From: Patescibacteria group bacterium
GTDB taxonomy: Bacteria > Patescibacteriota > Minisyncoccia > Phycocordibacterales > JBBTRF01
Reading direction: 5' to 3'
DNA: 64,000 bases
NCBI GenBank assembly: GCA_038065315.1
Contig: JBBTRF010000001.1
Coordinates: 464,458 to 528,457 of the forward strand
Numbering within the stretch: the stretch's first letter is position 1; the number at the start of each line of letters is the position of its first letter. The notes below the pieces were generated by a model. That model was not told the origin of the DNA. It saw only the letters and a program-made list of their open reading frames with translations, and ran no database searches. The position numbers were made by a program, and so were the translations under genes. Below, one piece after another: positions 35,766 to 45,404 of the stretch.

Positions 35766-36134
35766 ATGAGTGCTTGTATTTTCTGCAAAATCGTCGCCAA
35801 AGAAGTGCCTGCGGAGATAGTGTATGAAGACGCTGATTTTCTCGCCTTTCTGGACATCCGCCCACTCTCGCCTGGCCATGCCCTAGTGATCCCGAAGCAG
35901 CACTATCGCTGGGTCTGGGACGTGCCGAATGCCGGGGCATATTTTGAAGTGGCGAAAAAGGTGGCGAACGCGCAGAAAAAAGCCTTCGAGGTGGAGATGG
36001 TACTCTCAAAGATTGTTGGCGAAGAGGTTCCACATGCCCACATCTGGATATACCCCGATAACGCAGCTAGTGCAAAATTTAAAAAGAGTGACATTGTCGG
36101 AAATGCAGCGAAGTTGCGTTCGCAGATTTTATAA
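35766..36134 (+). CDS. HIT-family (histidine triad) nucleotide hydrolase
   Basis: 122 aa with a CIFCKI N-terminus and the histidine triad VPHAHIWIYP. Confidence 0.85.
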   Translation: MSACIFCKIVAKEVPAEIVYEDADFLAFLDIRPLSPGHALVIPKQHYRWVWDVPNAGAYFEVAKKVANAQKKAFEVEMVLSKIVGEEVPHAHIWIYPDNAASAKFKKSDIVGNAAKLRSQIL

Positions 36135-36190
36135 AGAAAACCGCACACGTCGAGCGTGGCGGCTTGTGATCCTGGAGAGGAGGGGCTCGA

Positions 36191-36862
36191 TTACTTGGCT
36201 TGGCGAGCGTTGTGTTTGAACTTCCCCGTCCGTTCAACCCCAATGGTGAGGAGTAGGAAATGTCTGGCGAGATTCGCAAACGCCCATTTCCACGGACCCC
36301 TCTGCATGTCGACAGGGTGGTCTGGCTGGTATTCGAAATGATGCGGGATACAGCAGATGAAGACTGTCGCCTCCGGGAAGTAGTGTTCCCAAATAAGCCG
36401 GGCGCTGCGTGAATGCATCTCGCCGGTCACTACCAGAATCGAGTAGGGTGAACCCTTTCTGATCCCTGCGACACTAGCGCGAGAATCGAGAGCCGCTCTG
36501 ATCTGCTGCGCTTCCTGAACCGTGTTGTCCATGGAACCAGCAGAGAAGTATTTGCAGCCATCAGAGATCTGGGCAACACGCAAAACGAGTTCGACCTCTT
36601 CGGCTCCGGGGAATGGGTAGCGGCAGGGACTGAAAGCCAGCCACGCTTGTGGAAACCGCTTGAGGTATTCAAGACCAACCCTCAGTGTCTCTTGTGTGGC
36701 ATCCGTGAGACGATCACGACGTGTGACATATGAGGTCGAAATAACGAGTCGCAAATCTGGACTTCCCAAGTGGTCACCTGGGAGGCTTTCGACCTTCCAA
36801 AGGTCGACCAGTAGATTGAGGAAACGCTGCAAGAAACCGAGCGACGGAACGTGGGGCTTCAT
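36191..36862 (-). CDS. DUF218 (YdcF/SanA/ElyC-like) domain protein
   Basis: 223 aa; the ...ILVVTGEMHSRSARLIWEHYFPEA... pattern typical of DUF218. Confidence 0.55.
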   Translation of the reverse strand: MKPHVPSLGFLQRFLNLLVDLWKVESLPGDHLGSPDLRLVISTSYVTRRDRLTDATQETLRVGLEYLKRFPQAWLAFSPCRYPFPGAEEVELVLRVAQISDGCKYFSAGSMDNTVQEAQQIRAALDSRASVAGIRKGSPYSILVVTGEMHSRSARLIWEHYFPEATVFICCIPHHFEYQPDHPVDMQRGPWKWAFANLARHFLLLTIGVERTGKFKHNARQAK

Positions 36863-37328
36863 AGTTGACTCCTAGGGGTATTCGGGTTGAGACTGAATGG
36901 AAAAGTTCGTATTTAGGCCTTTCGTATTATATAACAAGTGGTGCCTATATGTCAAATATCTGCTGGTAAAAAAAGACCCTCCAGATTGCTCTGTGGGCTT
37001 GCAAGACTGACCGATGTTCCTGAAGAGTCCCTTACAGGTGACATGGGCCGTCAGAAGTGAAATTAGCCGACACCACAGGGGCGTCGCTAGAAAAAGGGCT
37101 TTTGTTTCATGGAGCGGGAGGGGCTACTTCGCCGGCGGGCCGATGGTTTGATTGCGGAGGCGGAGCTGCTGAACTTTCATCGTTTTGGTCCTTCCACTTG
37201 TTGTCGAAGAGTTGCCACTGCCTTGAATGTTAGCACTTCACACGCGTACGACGGGATGAATCCCGCTCGCGTGGACCAACACCAGGTGCATACTCTTCCC
37301 GCTTCTGAATATATACCCGCCCTCGATT

Positions 37329-38483
37329 TTACGCAAGTGCCTCAATCCCCACCAGCGTACCGTTCGCCAAAAAGTCGAGCATCGCACCGCCGCCAGTAGA
37401 GACGAAAATATGTTCGTTATTCAAACATGCATCAAGCAGACCTGCCTTCGAGAGCACGGCGATGGTATCTCCTCCGCCGAGCACCGCCTTGGTCGGGCTA
37501 GCGAGGAGCGCTTTCGCCAAATCGATCGTCGACTGCTCAAAACCTTTTTCATAATCGCCGAGCGGCCCATTCCACAACACAAACTTTGCTGTCTGTAACG
37601 TGCGGCTCAAATAATCGACAGTTTCGGGGCCGCAATCGAGGATCCGATCAGTCGCGGACACTTCGGTCGGGAGTTTTGGGTACGAATCAGGCGTATTCAC
37701 TAATACATCGATCGGTGTAGCGCAGCGCGGATGCGCAGCGAGGGCTGAGAGGTCGATACTGCCCTTCGCCCGAAGCGACTTTCCCACTTCGAGGCCACGC
37801 TGAGCAAACATATCATTGGCTAAGGCCCCACCAACAAATACAAGGTCAGCTTTAGTGAGAAACTTCTGCACGAGCGGAAGCTTCGTCTCGAACTTCGCAC
37901 CGCCAAGGATGAAAATGAAAGGGTGGAGCGGCTGGAAGGCTTGAGAAAGATGCTTCACTTCGCTATCAAACAACGGCCCGGCAAAATGCGGAAGGAGTTT
38001 TGGCAGGCCGACGATGGAAGCATGCGGTCGATGCGACACAGAAAACGCTTCGTTCACGTATACATCACCCAATTGCGCCACTTTTTTTGCAAAATCCGGA
38101 GAATTTTCCTTCTCACCGGCGTCGAGCGAGCGTAGGTTCTCTAAGATTGCCACATCACCGTCCCTCATCTGTGCAACATGTACGGAAAGAGTGTCGAAAG
38201 ATTCGACAAAAGTCACCGGCGTCTTCGCATTCACATATTCCGCCACGGCGCGGAGCGACTGCGTCTCCACACTTTCGATATGCGCGAGCACGATGGTCTT
38301 TGCGCCAGCCTTTTTGAGCCACTCAATAGTCGGCAACAGCTTCTCGATGCGAAAATCATCTCGCACCTCCAACCGCCCCGCCTCCCCCTTCACGATCGGC
38401 ACATTGAGATCGACGCGCAACAGAACTCGCTTCCCCGCAAGCGGACCGGCTTGGTCGAGTGTTTTGTAGCTATTTGAGCTCAT
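37329..38483 (-). CDS. pgk: Phosphoglycerate kinase
   Basis: Start set at MSSNSYKTL (14-nt overlap with the tpiA stop); motifs RVDLNVP, GGGA and ...VLWNGPLG... Confidence 0.9.
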   Translation of the reverse strand: MSSNSYKTLDQAGPLAGKRVLLRVDLNVPIVKGEAGRLEVRDDFRIEKLLPTIEWLKKAGAKTIVLAHIESVETQSLRAVAEYVNAKTPVTFVESFDTLSVHVAQMRDGDVAILENLRSLDAGEKENSPDFAKKVAQLGDVYVNEAFSVSHRPHASIVGLPKLLPHFAGPLFDSEVKHLSQAFQPLHPFIFILGGAKFETKLPLVQKFLTKADLVFVGGALANDMFAQRGLEVGKSLRAKGSIDLSALAAHPRCATPIDVLVNTPDSYPKLPTEVSATDRILDCGPETVDYLSRTLQTAKFVLWNGPLGDYEKGFEQSTIDLAKALLASPTKAVLGGGDTIAVLSKAGLLDACLNNEHIFVSTGGGAMLDFLANGTLVGIEALA

Positions 38484-39243
38484 TGGCAATCTTGGCAATA
38501 GCAATAAAGTCCGCAGGAACAAGACTTTCTCGGCCGATAAGCAGACCATCGACCTCTCCATCCTTTAAAATAGCCTGCGCATTCGATACATTCACCGAAC
38601 CGCCATACAAAATCGGCATTTTGGAAACCAATTCTGGAGTGTAGAGATCGGAAAGTACTTTTCGGATATAGATACTGGTTTCATGAATCTGTCCTGGAGA
38701 CATTGCGGCGCTAGCGCCAATCTCCCACACCGGCTCGTAGGCAATAACCAGCTTTTTCAGCTCTGCTGCCGAAACAGTGGCCAAAGAACGTGCGAGCTGA
38801 TCTTTCAGGAAGGCGAGATACTTTCCATGTGCGTCTCGTTCTGCTTCACCAACACACACAATCGCCACGAGGCCATTGCGAATCGCTAAAAGTGCTTTTT
38901 TGGCGACAATTTCGTCGGTTTCCCCTATTTTTCTGCGTTCGGAGTGGCCAACGACAGCATATTCAGCGCCACAAGAGGCTGCCTGCACTGCTGATATATC
39001 GCCAGTATGCGAACCGGCTTCCTCACTAGAGATATTCTGCACACCGATCGCGATATTCGTCCGGCCAATGATTGTCTTAACCTCTGGCACATACAAAAAA
39101 GGAGGACAAACAACCATTTTCGTCTTCGAAAGGCCCCTCGCTCCCTTCTTTATCTTCTTCGCAATATCTTTCGCCTCCGCCAACGTATCCGGATGCATCT
39201 TCCAGTTTCCAACAATCAGTGGCATCATTCGCTTCTTTTTCAT
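38470..39243 (-). CDS. tpiA: Triosephosphate isomerase
   Basis: 257 aa with GNWKMH, VVGHSERR and AYEPVWEIG. Confidence 0.95.
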   Translation of the reverse strand: MKKKRMMPLIVGNWKMHPDTLAEAKDIAKKIKKGARGLSKTKMVVCPPFLYVPEVKTIIGRTNIAIGVQNISSEEAGSHTGDISAVQAASCGAEYAVVGHSERRKIGETDEIVAKKALLAIRNGLVAIVCVGEAERDAHGKYLAFLKDQLARSLATVSAAELKKLVIAYEPVWEIGASAAMSPGQIHETSIYIRKVLSDLYTPELVSKMPILYGGSVNVSNAQAILKDGEVDGLLIGRESLVPADFIAIAKIANELK

Positions 39244-39296
39244 CCCGACAGTATATCATTTCACCGCGTGCGTTGTTAGATAGTGTGTAGGACTAG

Positions 39297-39391
39297 GCGG
39301 GGGAAAGAAAAAGGGACTACGGAGCGCGACGGCGCGAGTCGGAGCAAAAAGCCACCAGGCTTTTATGCGTACCCTTTTTCTTTCCCCCGCC
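39297..39391. repeat. Nested-hairpin intergenic repeat, copy C (20-bp perfect outer stem ggcgggggaaagaaaaaggg / ccctttttctttcccccgcc); ends 8 nt before the pilC stop
   Basis: Core actacggagcgcgacggcgcgagtcggagc + aaaagcc-acca-ggctttt + atgcgtaccc. Compared with copy B, the hairpin stem shows covariation while the loop is conserved. Confidence 0.75.
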
Positions 39392-39398
39392 TCGTCCT

Positions 39399-40616
39399 CT
39401 ATATATTATCCAACAAAGAGTATGTTGGACTAATCATCGAAACCGCAAAAAACCCCACCGCACAACCAATCATCACCATGAGCAGTGGCTCAATAATCGT
39501 CGACATATCCTTGGTCTTCTGTTCCACCTCGCCTTCGTAGAAAGTGGCAATACCGAGCATCATTTCGGCCAATTGACCCGTCTCTTCCCCCACGCTGGTC
39601 ATTTCCCCCACAAAAGCGGGATACAAATGTTCATTTTCGATAAACACACTGGAGATCGGATCCCCTTTCTGCACATTCAAACGCGCCTTCTCGAGCACTT
39701 CTTTGTAAAATCCATTCTGCACCACATCACGAGTGATCTCCATCGCTGCCAAAAAAGAAACACCAGCAGACAGCAGCGAGGAAAGTGTTCGAGCGGTGCG
39801 CGCCGAGTTGGCCTCTTTCACCAACACACCAATGATCGGCAATTTCAACATGGTTCGCTCGATCATCTTCTTTCCAACAACACTGCGCTTGAACAAAATC
39901 AGTCCGGACACCACAGCGACGATCGCAGCGACAAATGCGAACGTATGATATCGCAAAAAGTCACTGGTTGAGACGATGAGTTGCGTACTCCACGGCAATT
40001 CCACATTCAGCTCCTTAAACGTATTAGTCAGCGTCGGCACCACGTAGATAAACATCAGCACACCGATCACCGCGATGAGACAGATTACGATCGCCGGATA
40101 GATAAGAGCACCGCGCAAGCGCTTTTGCAGCAAATAGCTCTTCTCCATTTGGCCGCTGAGGGTCTTCAACGAGCCCGCGAGATTGCCGGATTCTTCGCCG
40201 GAACGTACCATGGCGATAAAGAGTGGCGAAAACGCCTTTGGGAATGCGGCCATCGCCTCATTGAGTGTTTTTCCAGCTCGAATTTCGTTGTTGATCGTCG
40301 AAACAGTCTTTTTAAACTTGTCATTTCTCGACTGACGATCGATCACCGACAAAATACGTGAGAGAGTGAGTCCGGCTTCGAGCATCGAGCCCATATTGCG
40401 AGCAAACATGATCTTCTCACGCATGCTGATGCGGCCAAAGAGCTGTCGCACCTTCTCGTCGATCACCGAGTGCTTCTCCAAGGTCTCCTCGGCGCTCACC
40501 AACATGAGTCCGCGGTCCTTCAGATTGCGGGAGACGACAAAACGGTCCGGCGCGTCATTGGTACCGGTGGTAGTGACTCCATTCACATCGATCGCTTTGT
40601 ATGAAAAAAGTGGCAT
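39399..40616 (-). CDS. pilC: Type IV pilus / type II secretion platform protein (PilC/GspF family)
   Basis: 405 aa with two T2SSF repeats and 3 TM helices. Confidence 0.85.
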   Translation of the reverse strand: MPLFSYKAIDVNGVTTTGTNDAPDRFVVSRNLKDRGLMLVSAEETLEKHSVIDEKVRQLFGRISMREKIMFARNMGSMLEAGLTLSRILSVIDRQSRNDKFKKTVSTINNEIRAGKTLNEAMAAFPKAFSPLFIAMVRSGEESGNLAGSLKTLSGQMEKSYLLQKRLRGALIYPAIVICLIAVIGVLMFIYVVPTLTNTFKELNVELPWSTQLIVSTSDFLRYHTFAFVAAIVAVVSGLILFKRSVVGKKMIERTMLKLPIIGVLVKEANSARTARTLSSLLSAGVSFLAAMEITRDVVQNGFYKEVLEKARLNVQKGDPISSVFIENEHLYPAFVGEMTSVGEETGQLAEMMLGIATFYEGEVEQKTKDMSTIIEPLLMVMIGCAVGFFAVSMISPTYSLLDNI

Positions 40617-40646
40617 GGTGTTTTTTACAGCAAAACCTATCTGCGA

Positions 40647-42401
40647 CTACTCCGAAATCACTCGCAAGACCTCTTCGATCGTCGTCATTCCCTCCACCGC
40701 TTTGAAAATACCGTCTTCAAGCATGGTCATCATGCCCTCTTTGCGCGCTTGAGCTTCGATCTCGGACGCGCTCTTCTCCTGCATCACCAATTCGCGGATG
40801 GTGTTCGTCACTTTGAGCACCTCATGGATGCCAAGACGACCATGGAAACCGTCTTCCGATTCCTTCGAGGCCTTTGGCTTGTAGAAAGGGATCTTTTCCC
40901 ACGTCGCGGCTTTGTCGATAATCTTTTCCTCCTTCAGCAACGCCAACACATGATCAAGGTCCACCTTTTTGCCGAGCGAATCGAGCTGGGCCTTGGTCAA
41001 AAAGTATTTTTCCTTCGCCTCGGTGAGTTTGCGGATGAGGCGTTGGCCAATGATGACATTCACGGTCGACACCACGAGGAATGGCTCGACCTTCATATCG
41101 AGCAATCGTGGAATGGCGCCAGAAGCGCTATTGGTGTGCAGCGTAGAGAGCACCAAGTGTCCAGTGAGCGAAGCGTTGATCGCCAAAGAAGCCGTTTCGT
41201 TGTCGCGAATTTCACCAACCATGATGATATCCGGATCTTGTCGCACCAAGGTACGCAGCCCGCTCGAAAAAGTGAAGCCGATCTCCGGTCGCACCTGGGT
41301 CTGGTTGATGCGCTTCATCTGATATTCGATCGGATCCTCAATCGTCGAAATATTCACGTCGGCAGTGTTCACAATGTCGAGCATGGTATAGAGTGTCGTC
41401 GTCTTTCCGGAACCAGTCGGACCAGAAGTGAGGATCATGCCTGTTGTCTGCTTGAGCGCCTGGTGCACAAACTCCAAGCCGCGACCATGGAAGCCCATTC
41501 CCTCGAGGGTAAAGCCGGAAACGCTCTCTCGGAGGAGTCGCATTACGGTCTTTTCGCCGTAGTAGGTTGGGAGCATGGACACACGGAAAGACACCCGCTC
41601 GTTATTGATATCCACCTTGAAACGGCCGTCCTGTGGCAGACGCTTCTCGTCGAGCTTTAGATTGGCAAGCACTTTGAGACGCGCCGTCACACTGCTAATG
41701 GCATTTTTCGGCAGCACCATGGCGTCGTGGAGCATGCCGTCGATGCGATAGCGCACGAGCATCTGCTCTTCCATCGGCTCAATGTGAATATCGGATGCAT
41801 TCTGCAAGATCGCGTGCTTCAAAAGGGTCTCGACGATACGCACCACTGGCAATTCCTCCGCCATCTTTTTCAAATCCCCTTCCGAAGCCGCGTCGCCACC
41901 CACTTGGTCGGCCAACGTCTTCAAACTTGCGGTGTCTTTTTGGATAATATCGCCGAATTCGGCCTTCAAGCTCTTTTGGTACTGCAACACGCCCGACTTT
42001 ATCGAGTCCGCATCCGTGAGACGCGCCAAAATCTTCAATTTCGTCTTCTTTTTGATGAAATCGATCGCCCCGAGGTCGTCGATATCGGTCATCGCCACCT
42101 CGAGCGAGTCCTCGCTCTTCTTGAAGGCGATCACATTGTGATTGCGAGCGATCGGCTCCGGAATCATCGACAGCACTTCGAAGTCAATCTTCTGGCCTTT
42201 TAGGTCGACGAAAGGAATACCGAGCACATATGCCTGCATTCGGCGCAAATCGTCTTCAGAAAGCTTGCCCGCGGTCACCAAAAGCTGGCCGACGCTGACG
42301 CCTTTCTCAGCGCCCTCGGTCTCCGCAACCTCAAAATCCTTTTTAGACACCAATCCGGAGTCGAGAATAAGCTCCTTGAGCTGTTTCGGTTCGATGAACA
42401 T
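40647..42401 (-). CDS. pilB: Type IV pilus assembly ATPase (PilB/GspE family)
   Basis: 584 aa; an N-terminal GSPII_E_N-like domain, Walker A GPTGSGKTTTLY, and Asp and His boxes. Confidence 0.9.
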   Translation of the reverse strand: MFIEPKQLKELILDSGLVSKKDFEVAETEGAEKGVSVGQLLVTAGKLSEDDLRRMQAYVLGIPFVDLKGQKIDFEVLSMIPEPIARNHNVIAFKKSEDSLEVAMTDIDDLGAIDFIKKKTKLKILARLTDADSIKSGVLQYQKSLKAEFGDIIQKDTASLKTLADQVGGDAASEGDLKKMAEELPVVRIVETLLKHAILQNASDIHIEPMEEQMLVRYRIDGMLHDAMVLPKNAISSVTARLKVLANLKLDEKRLPQDGRFKVDINNERVSFRVSMLPTYYGEKTVMRLLRESVSGFTLEGMGFHGRGLEFVHQALKQTTGMILTSGPTGSGKTTTLYTMLDIVNTADVNISTIEDPIEYQMKRINQTQVRPEIGFTFSSGLRTLVRQDPDIIMVGEIRDNETASLAINASLTGHLVLSTLHTNSASGAIPRLLDMKVEPFLVVSTVNVIIGQRLIRKLTEAKEKYFLTKAQLDSLGKKVDLDHVLALLKEEKIIDKAATWEKIPFYKPKASKESEDGFHGRLGIHEVLKVTNTIRELVMQEKSASEIEAQARKEGMMTMLEDGIFKAVEGMTTIEEVLRVISE

Positions 42402-42688
42402 TGCTGTGTATTATATCATCGACGGGCGTGGTGCATATCCACACGAAATCAGATAAAATCGACTTAGTATATACTTTGCATATGTTAAAAAACATTCAAT
42501 CTAAGGTTGGGGAGGGATTGCAGTTCAGCAAGAAAGAAATTGGTGAACTTCTACGCACCATCCGTCAGGTGAAAAAAGGAGAAGGTGTCGCCGGCCCATT
42601 TAAAAATTCGAAGATGGTCTTAGACTACCTGCACAATGAGGGTTCTCATCGGCAATAGCTTCAAGAAATCGTGTGATTGACCAGCACA

Positions 42689-42717
42689 TTGACCTCCCTC
42701 CCCATTTCCGCTATAGT
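42689..42717 (+). promoter_or_regulatory. Near-consensus sigma70-type promoter TTGACC-N17-TATAGT upstream of nusA
   Basis: Read directly; lies ~105 nt upstream of the nusA ATG. Confidence 0.55.
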
Positions 42718-42821
42718 ATAGGGGTCTAAGTTCGCCTCCCGGCGGGCTTTATTTTTTAACAGCGCGGCAGCGCCGACAAGACACGGCCTTTCCGCACCAT
42801 TATTCGCCCAACAACAAAGAT

Positions 42822-43994
42822 ATGTTCGACTTAAAAGTAATCAACTCGGTCCTCGCCCAGCTCGAAGAAGAGCGCGGCATTCCGAAGGAAAAGATCATCG
42901 AGGCCATCGAAATGGCCCTCGCGACTGCGTACAAAAAAGAGTACGGCAAGAAAGGCCAGATCGTCCGAGCGAAATTCGACCTCAACACCGGCAAAACTGA
43001 GTTCTCTCAGGTGAAGGTGGTGGTGGACGATACACGTGTGATTATCGAAGATCCTGCGACGACCGAGAATGCCGCAGACATTGACGAGACCACCGACGGC
43101 GTAGTGGATGAGCGTGCCCGATTCAACCCGGAGCACCACATCATGATCGAAGACGCGCAGAAGATGCGCAAGGGTGTCGCCCTCGATGATGAAGTGGTCT
43201 TCCCTCTTGATGCAAAGGATGACTACGGCCGCATCGCTGCTCAAACAGCGAAGCAGGTGATCATCCAGAAGATCCGCGAGGCAGAAAAAGAGTCTGTGCT
43301 CCGAGAATACGGCAAGCGCCAGGGAGAAGTGATCTCCGGCACCGTGCAGCGTATTGAACGAGGCAATATCTTTGTTGATTTGGGACGAACAGTGGCGATC
43401 TTGCCATACGAAGAGCAGATTCCGGGAGAGCGATACAAGCAGGGAGAGCGCGTGCGAGGCTATCTCGCCTCGGTAGAGGACGGCGCAAAGGGTGTCTTTT
43501 TGCGAATGTCTCGAGCGCATCCAAAATTCCTCGAGAAGTTGTTTGCGGTGGAAGCGCCTGAAATTGCTTCCGGCACTGTAGAAATCAAGGCGATTGCCCG
43601 TGAAGCGGGTTCTCGTTCGAAGGTTGCGGTCATGTCTCACGACAGTCACATCGACCCTATCGGTTCAATGGTGGGCCAGCGAGGTGTGCGAGTGAACACT
43701 GTCACCAGCGAGCTCGGCGGTGAGAAAATTGATATTATTGAATGGTCAGCAGAAGCGAAGAAGTTTATTGAGGATGCCCTCTCTCCTGCCAAGGTGGTGA
43801 GTGTCACTCTAGACGAGCGCGACACCAAGGCTGTCGTGAAGGTAGCGGAGGATCAGCAGTCATTAGCGATCGGCAAGGGCGGACAAAATGTCCGACTCGC
43901 TGCAAAGCTCACTGGCTGGAAGATCGACATTCAGTCAGACGGTCCGGCGAAGCCAGCGGAAGGTGAAGGCGCAGCAGTTGCGGAGGAGAAGTAA
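42822..43994 (+). CDS. nusA: Transcription termination/antitermination factor NusA
   Basis: 390 aa with the NusA N-terminal domain, S1 domain and two KH domains. Confidence 0.9.
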   Translation: MFDLKVINSVLAQLEEERGIPKEKIIEAIEMALATAYKKEYGKKGQIVRAKFDLNTGKTEFSQVKVVVDDTRVIIEDPATTENAADIDETTDGVVDERARFNPEHHIMIEDAQKMRKGVALDDEVVFPLDAKDDYGRIAAQTAKQVIIQKIREAEKESVLREYGKRQGEVISGTVQRIERGNIFVDLGRTVAILPYEEQIPGERYKQGERVRGYLASVEDGAKGVFLRMSRAHPKFLEKLFAVEAPEIASGTVEIKAIAREAGSRSKVAVMSHDSHIDPIGSMVGQRGVRVNTVTSELGGEKIDIIEWSAEAKKFIEDALSPAKVVSVTLDERDTKAVVKVAEDQQSLAIGKGGQNVRLAAKLTGWKIDIQSDGPAKPAEGEGAAVAEEK

Positions 43995-44021
43995 TTATTA
44001 AAAAACAATAATCACAAACCC

Positions 44022-44570
44022 ATGAGCATGAATTTGTGGCATGACATCGAGCCGGGCAGCGTCGAGTCGATCAACACGATCGTCGAGATCAACCGCGGTT
44101 CGAAAAATAAATATGAGATCGACAAAGCGACTGGCCTCATCGCCCTCGACCGCGTCTCTCACACTGCGCAGGACTTTCCTTTCGACTATGGCTTCGTCCC
44201 TCGCACCCTGTGGGAAGACGGCGACGCGCTCGACGTGATCGTCCTCACGACCCACCCTCTGTTCCCCGGCCTTTTGGTCCGAGTGCGGCCGGTAGCAGTG
44301 ATGGAAATGATCGATGGCGGCGACTCAGACGCGAAACTCATCGCTGTCCCGGTAGACGACCCACGCTGGGCCAATGTGAAGGATCTGAAGGATGTGAACC
44401 CTCACACCCTCAAAGAGATCGAGCATTTCTACTCGACCTACAAGCAGCTCCAGAAGAAAGAGGTGAAAGTCCTCGGTTTCAAGGGCCGAAGCGACGCGGA
44501 GAAGGCGTTTGCGCGAGGTATTGAGATCTACAACGCCAAGTTTGGGACCCCGAAGGCCAAGAAAGCTTAA
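44022..44570 (+). CDS. ppa: Inorganic pyrophosphatase (family I)
   Basis: 182 aa with ...NKYEIDKATG... and the DGDALDV signature. Confidence 0.9.
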   Translation: MSMNLWHDIEPGSVESINTIVEINRGSKNKYEIDKATGLIALDRVSHTAQDFPFDYGFVPRTLWEDGDALDVIVLTTHPLFPGLLVRVRPVAVMEMIDGGDSDAKLIAVPVDDPRWANVKDLKDVNPHTLKEIEHFYSTYKQLQKKEVKVLGFKGRSDAEKAFARGIEIYNAKFGTPKAKKA

Positions 44571-44717
44571 AAGGGTGCTTAGGCGTGTCGGAGGTGGATA
44601 AGTCGGTTTGAAGCGAAAATGGCCCTGTTGATGGCTTTTTTCGTGCTTTTTGGCCGCTAAAACCCTCCAAAAGCTCGATTTTCTGCCCGAAATATGCTAT
44701 AGTATCTACCTACCCAT

Positions 44718-45350
44718 ATGAACACAAAACCAACAACAACTGCCGCCAAAGTAGTTTCTGCCGGGATTGCGCTCACCCTTCTCCTTTCGGCTACCACTGC
44801 TTTTGCGCAGAGCACCTCAGCATCTGCTACTACGGCCCAAAATCAGCCTTTTTCCAACAAATTAGCTCTTTTTGAGGGATTTTCCTCTTGGTTCAGCCAG
44901 CTCAAAAGGAACATGTCACCGGCTCCAGCCCCTACCCCAAGCGTCTTCATTGCCCCTGCAGCAACAGACCCAGACGAAGATCCTCTCAAAAACATTCGCC
45001 ACGGCCAGAACATCCTCAACCGACTCCAAGACAAACACGACGATTTGAAGACGGTAGCAGACCAACTCAGCAAGCAGGTGGACGATTTTACCGCGCGAGG
45101 CTTTGACACTTCGAAGGTAAAGGTGTTTACTGACCTCGCCCAGGACAAATTGGCAGTGGCCGGGTACGATATCAAGATCGCCGCATCAGCTATGGTGACG
45201 ATCGCGGAAGACGAACAGTCAACCAACGAAGACATTCGTATCACCCTGAAGGCCGCAGACGAAAGCGTCCGCACTGCCAGCCAAACAGTGGCGACAGCGA
45301 AGACCAAGGTTCGCGACTTTTCTTTGAAGGTTCGCAAGGAGGCGCGGTAA
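44718..45350 (+). CDS. Hypothetical secreted protein
   Basis: Signal-peptide-like N-terminus (…ALTLLLSATTAFAQS); the remainder is predicted helical; no domain recognised. Confidence 0.45.
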   Translation: MNTKPTTTAAKVVSAGIALTLLLSATTAFAQSTSASATTAQNQPFSNKLALFEGFSSWFSQLKRNMSPAPAPTPSVFIAPAATDPDEDPLKNIRHGQNILNRLQDKHDDLKTVADQLSKQVDDFTARGFDTSKVKVFTDLAQDKLAVAGYDIKIAASAMVTIAEDEQSTNEDIRITLKAADESVRTASQTVATAKTKVRDFSLKVRKEAR

Positions 45351-45404
45351 GCAGCGCAGCGTCGAGCAGTGCCGATTCAATTTAATTCATTTTTTCTTTT
45401 TTCA

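Noticed and set aside
36863-37328. tmRNA, SRP RNA or RNase P RNA in the long pgk-downstream spacer
   Set aside because: The region lacks the conserved GGAAGCAGCC/AGG SRP helix-8 features, the RNase P P4 motifs, and a tRNA-like 5' or 3' pairing with a TCCACCA end. It is kept only as an unresolved structured region.
40749-41660. 303-aa plus-strand ORF
   Set aside because: Antisense to pilB.
42831-43649. 272-aa minus-strand ORF
   Set aside because: Antisense to nusA.
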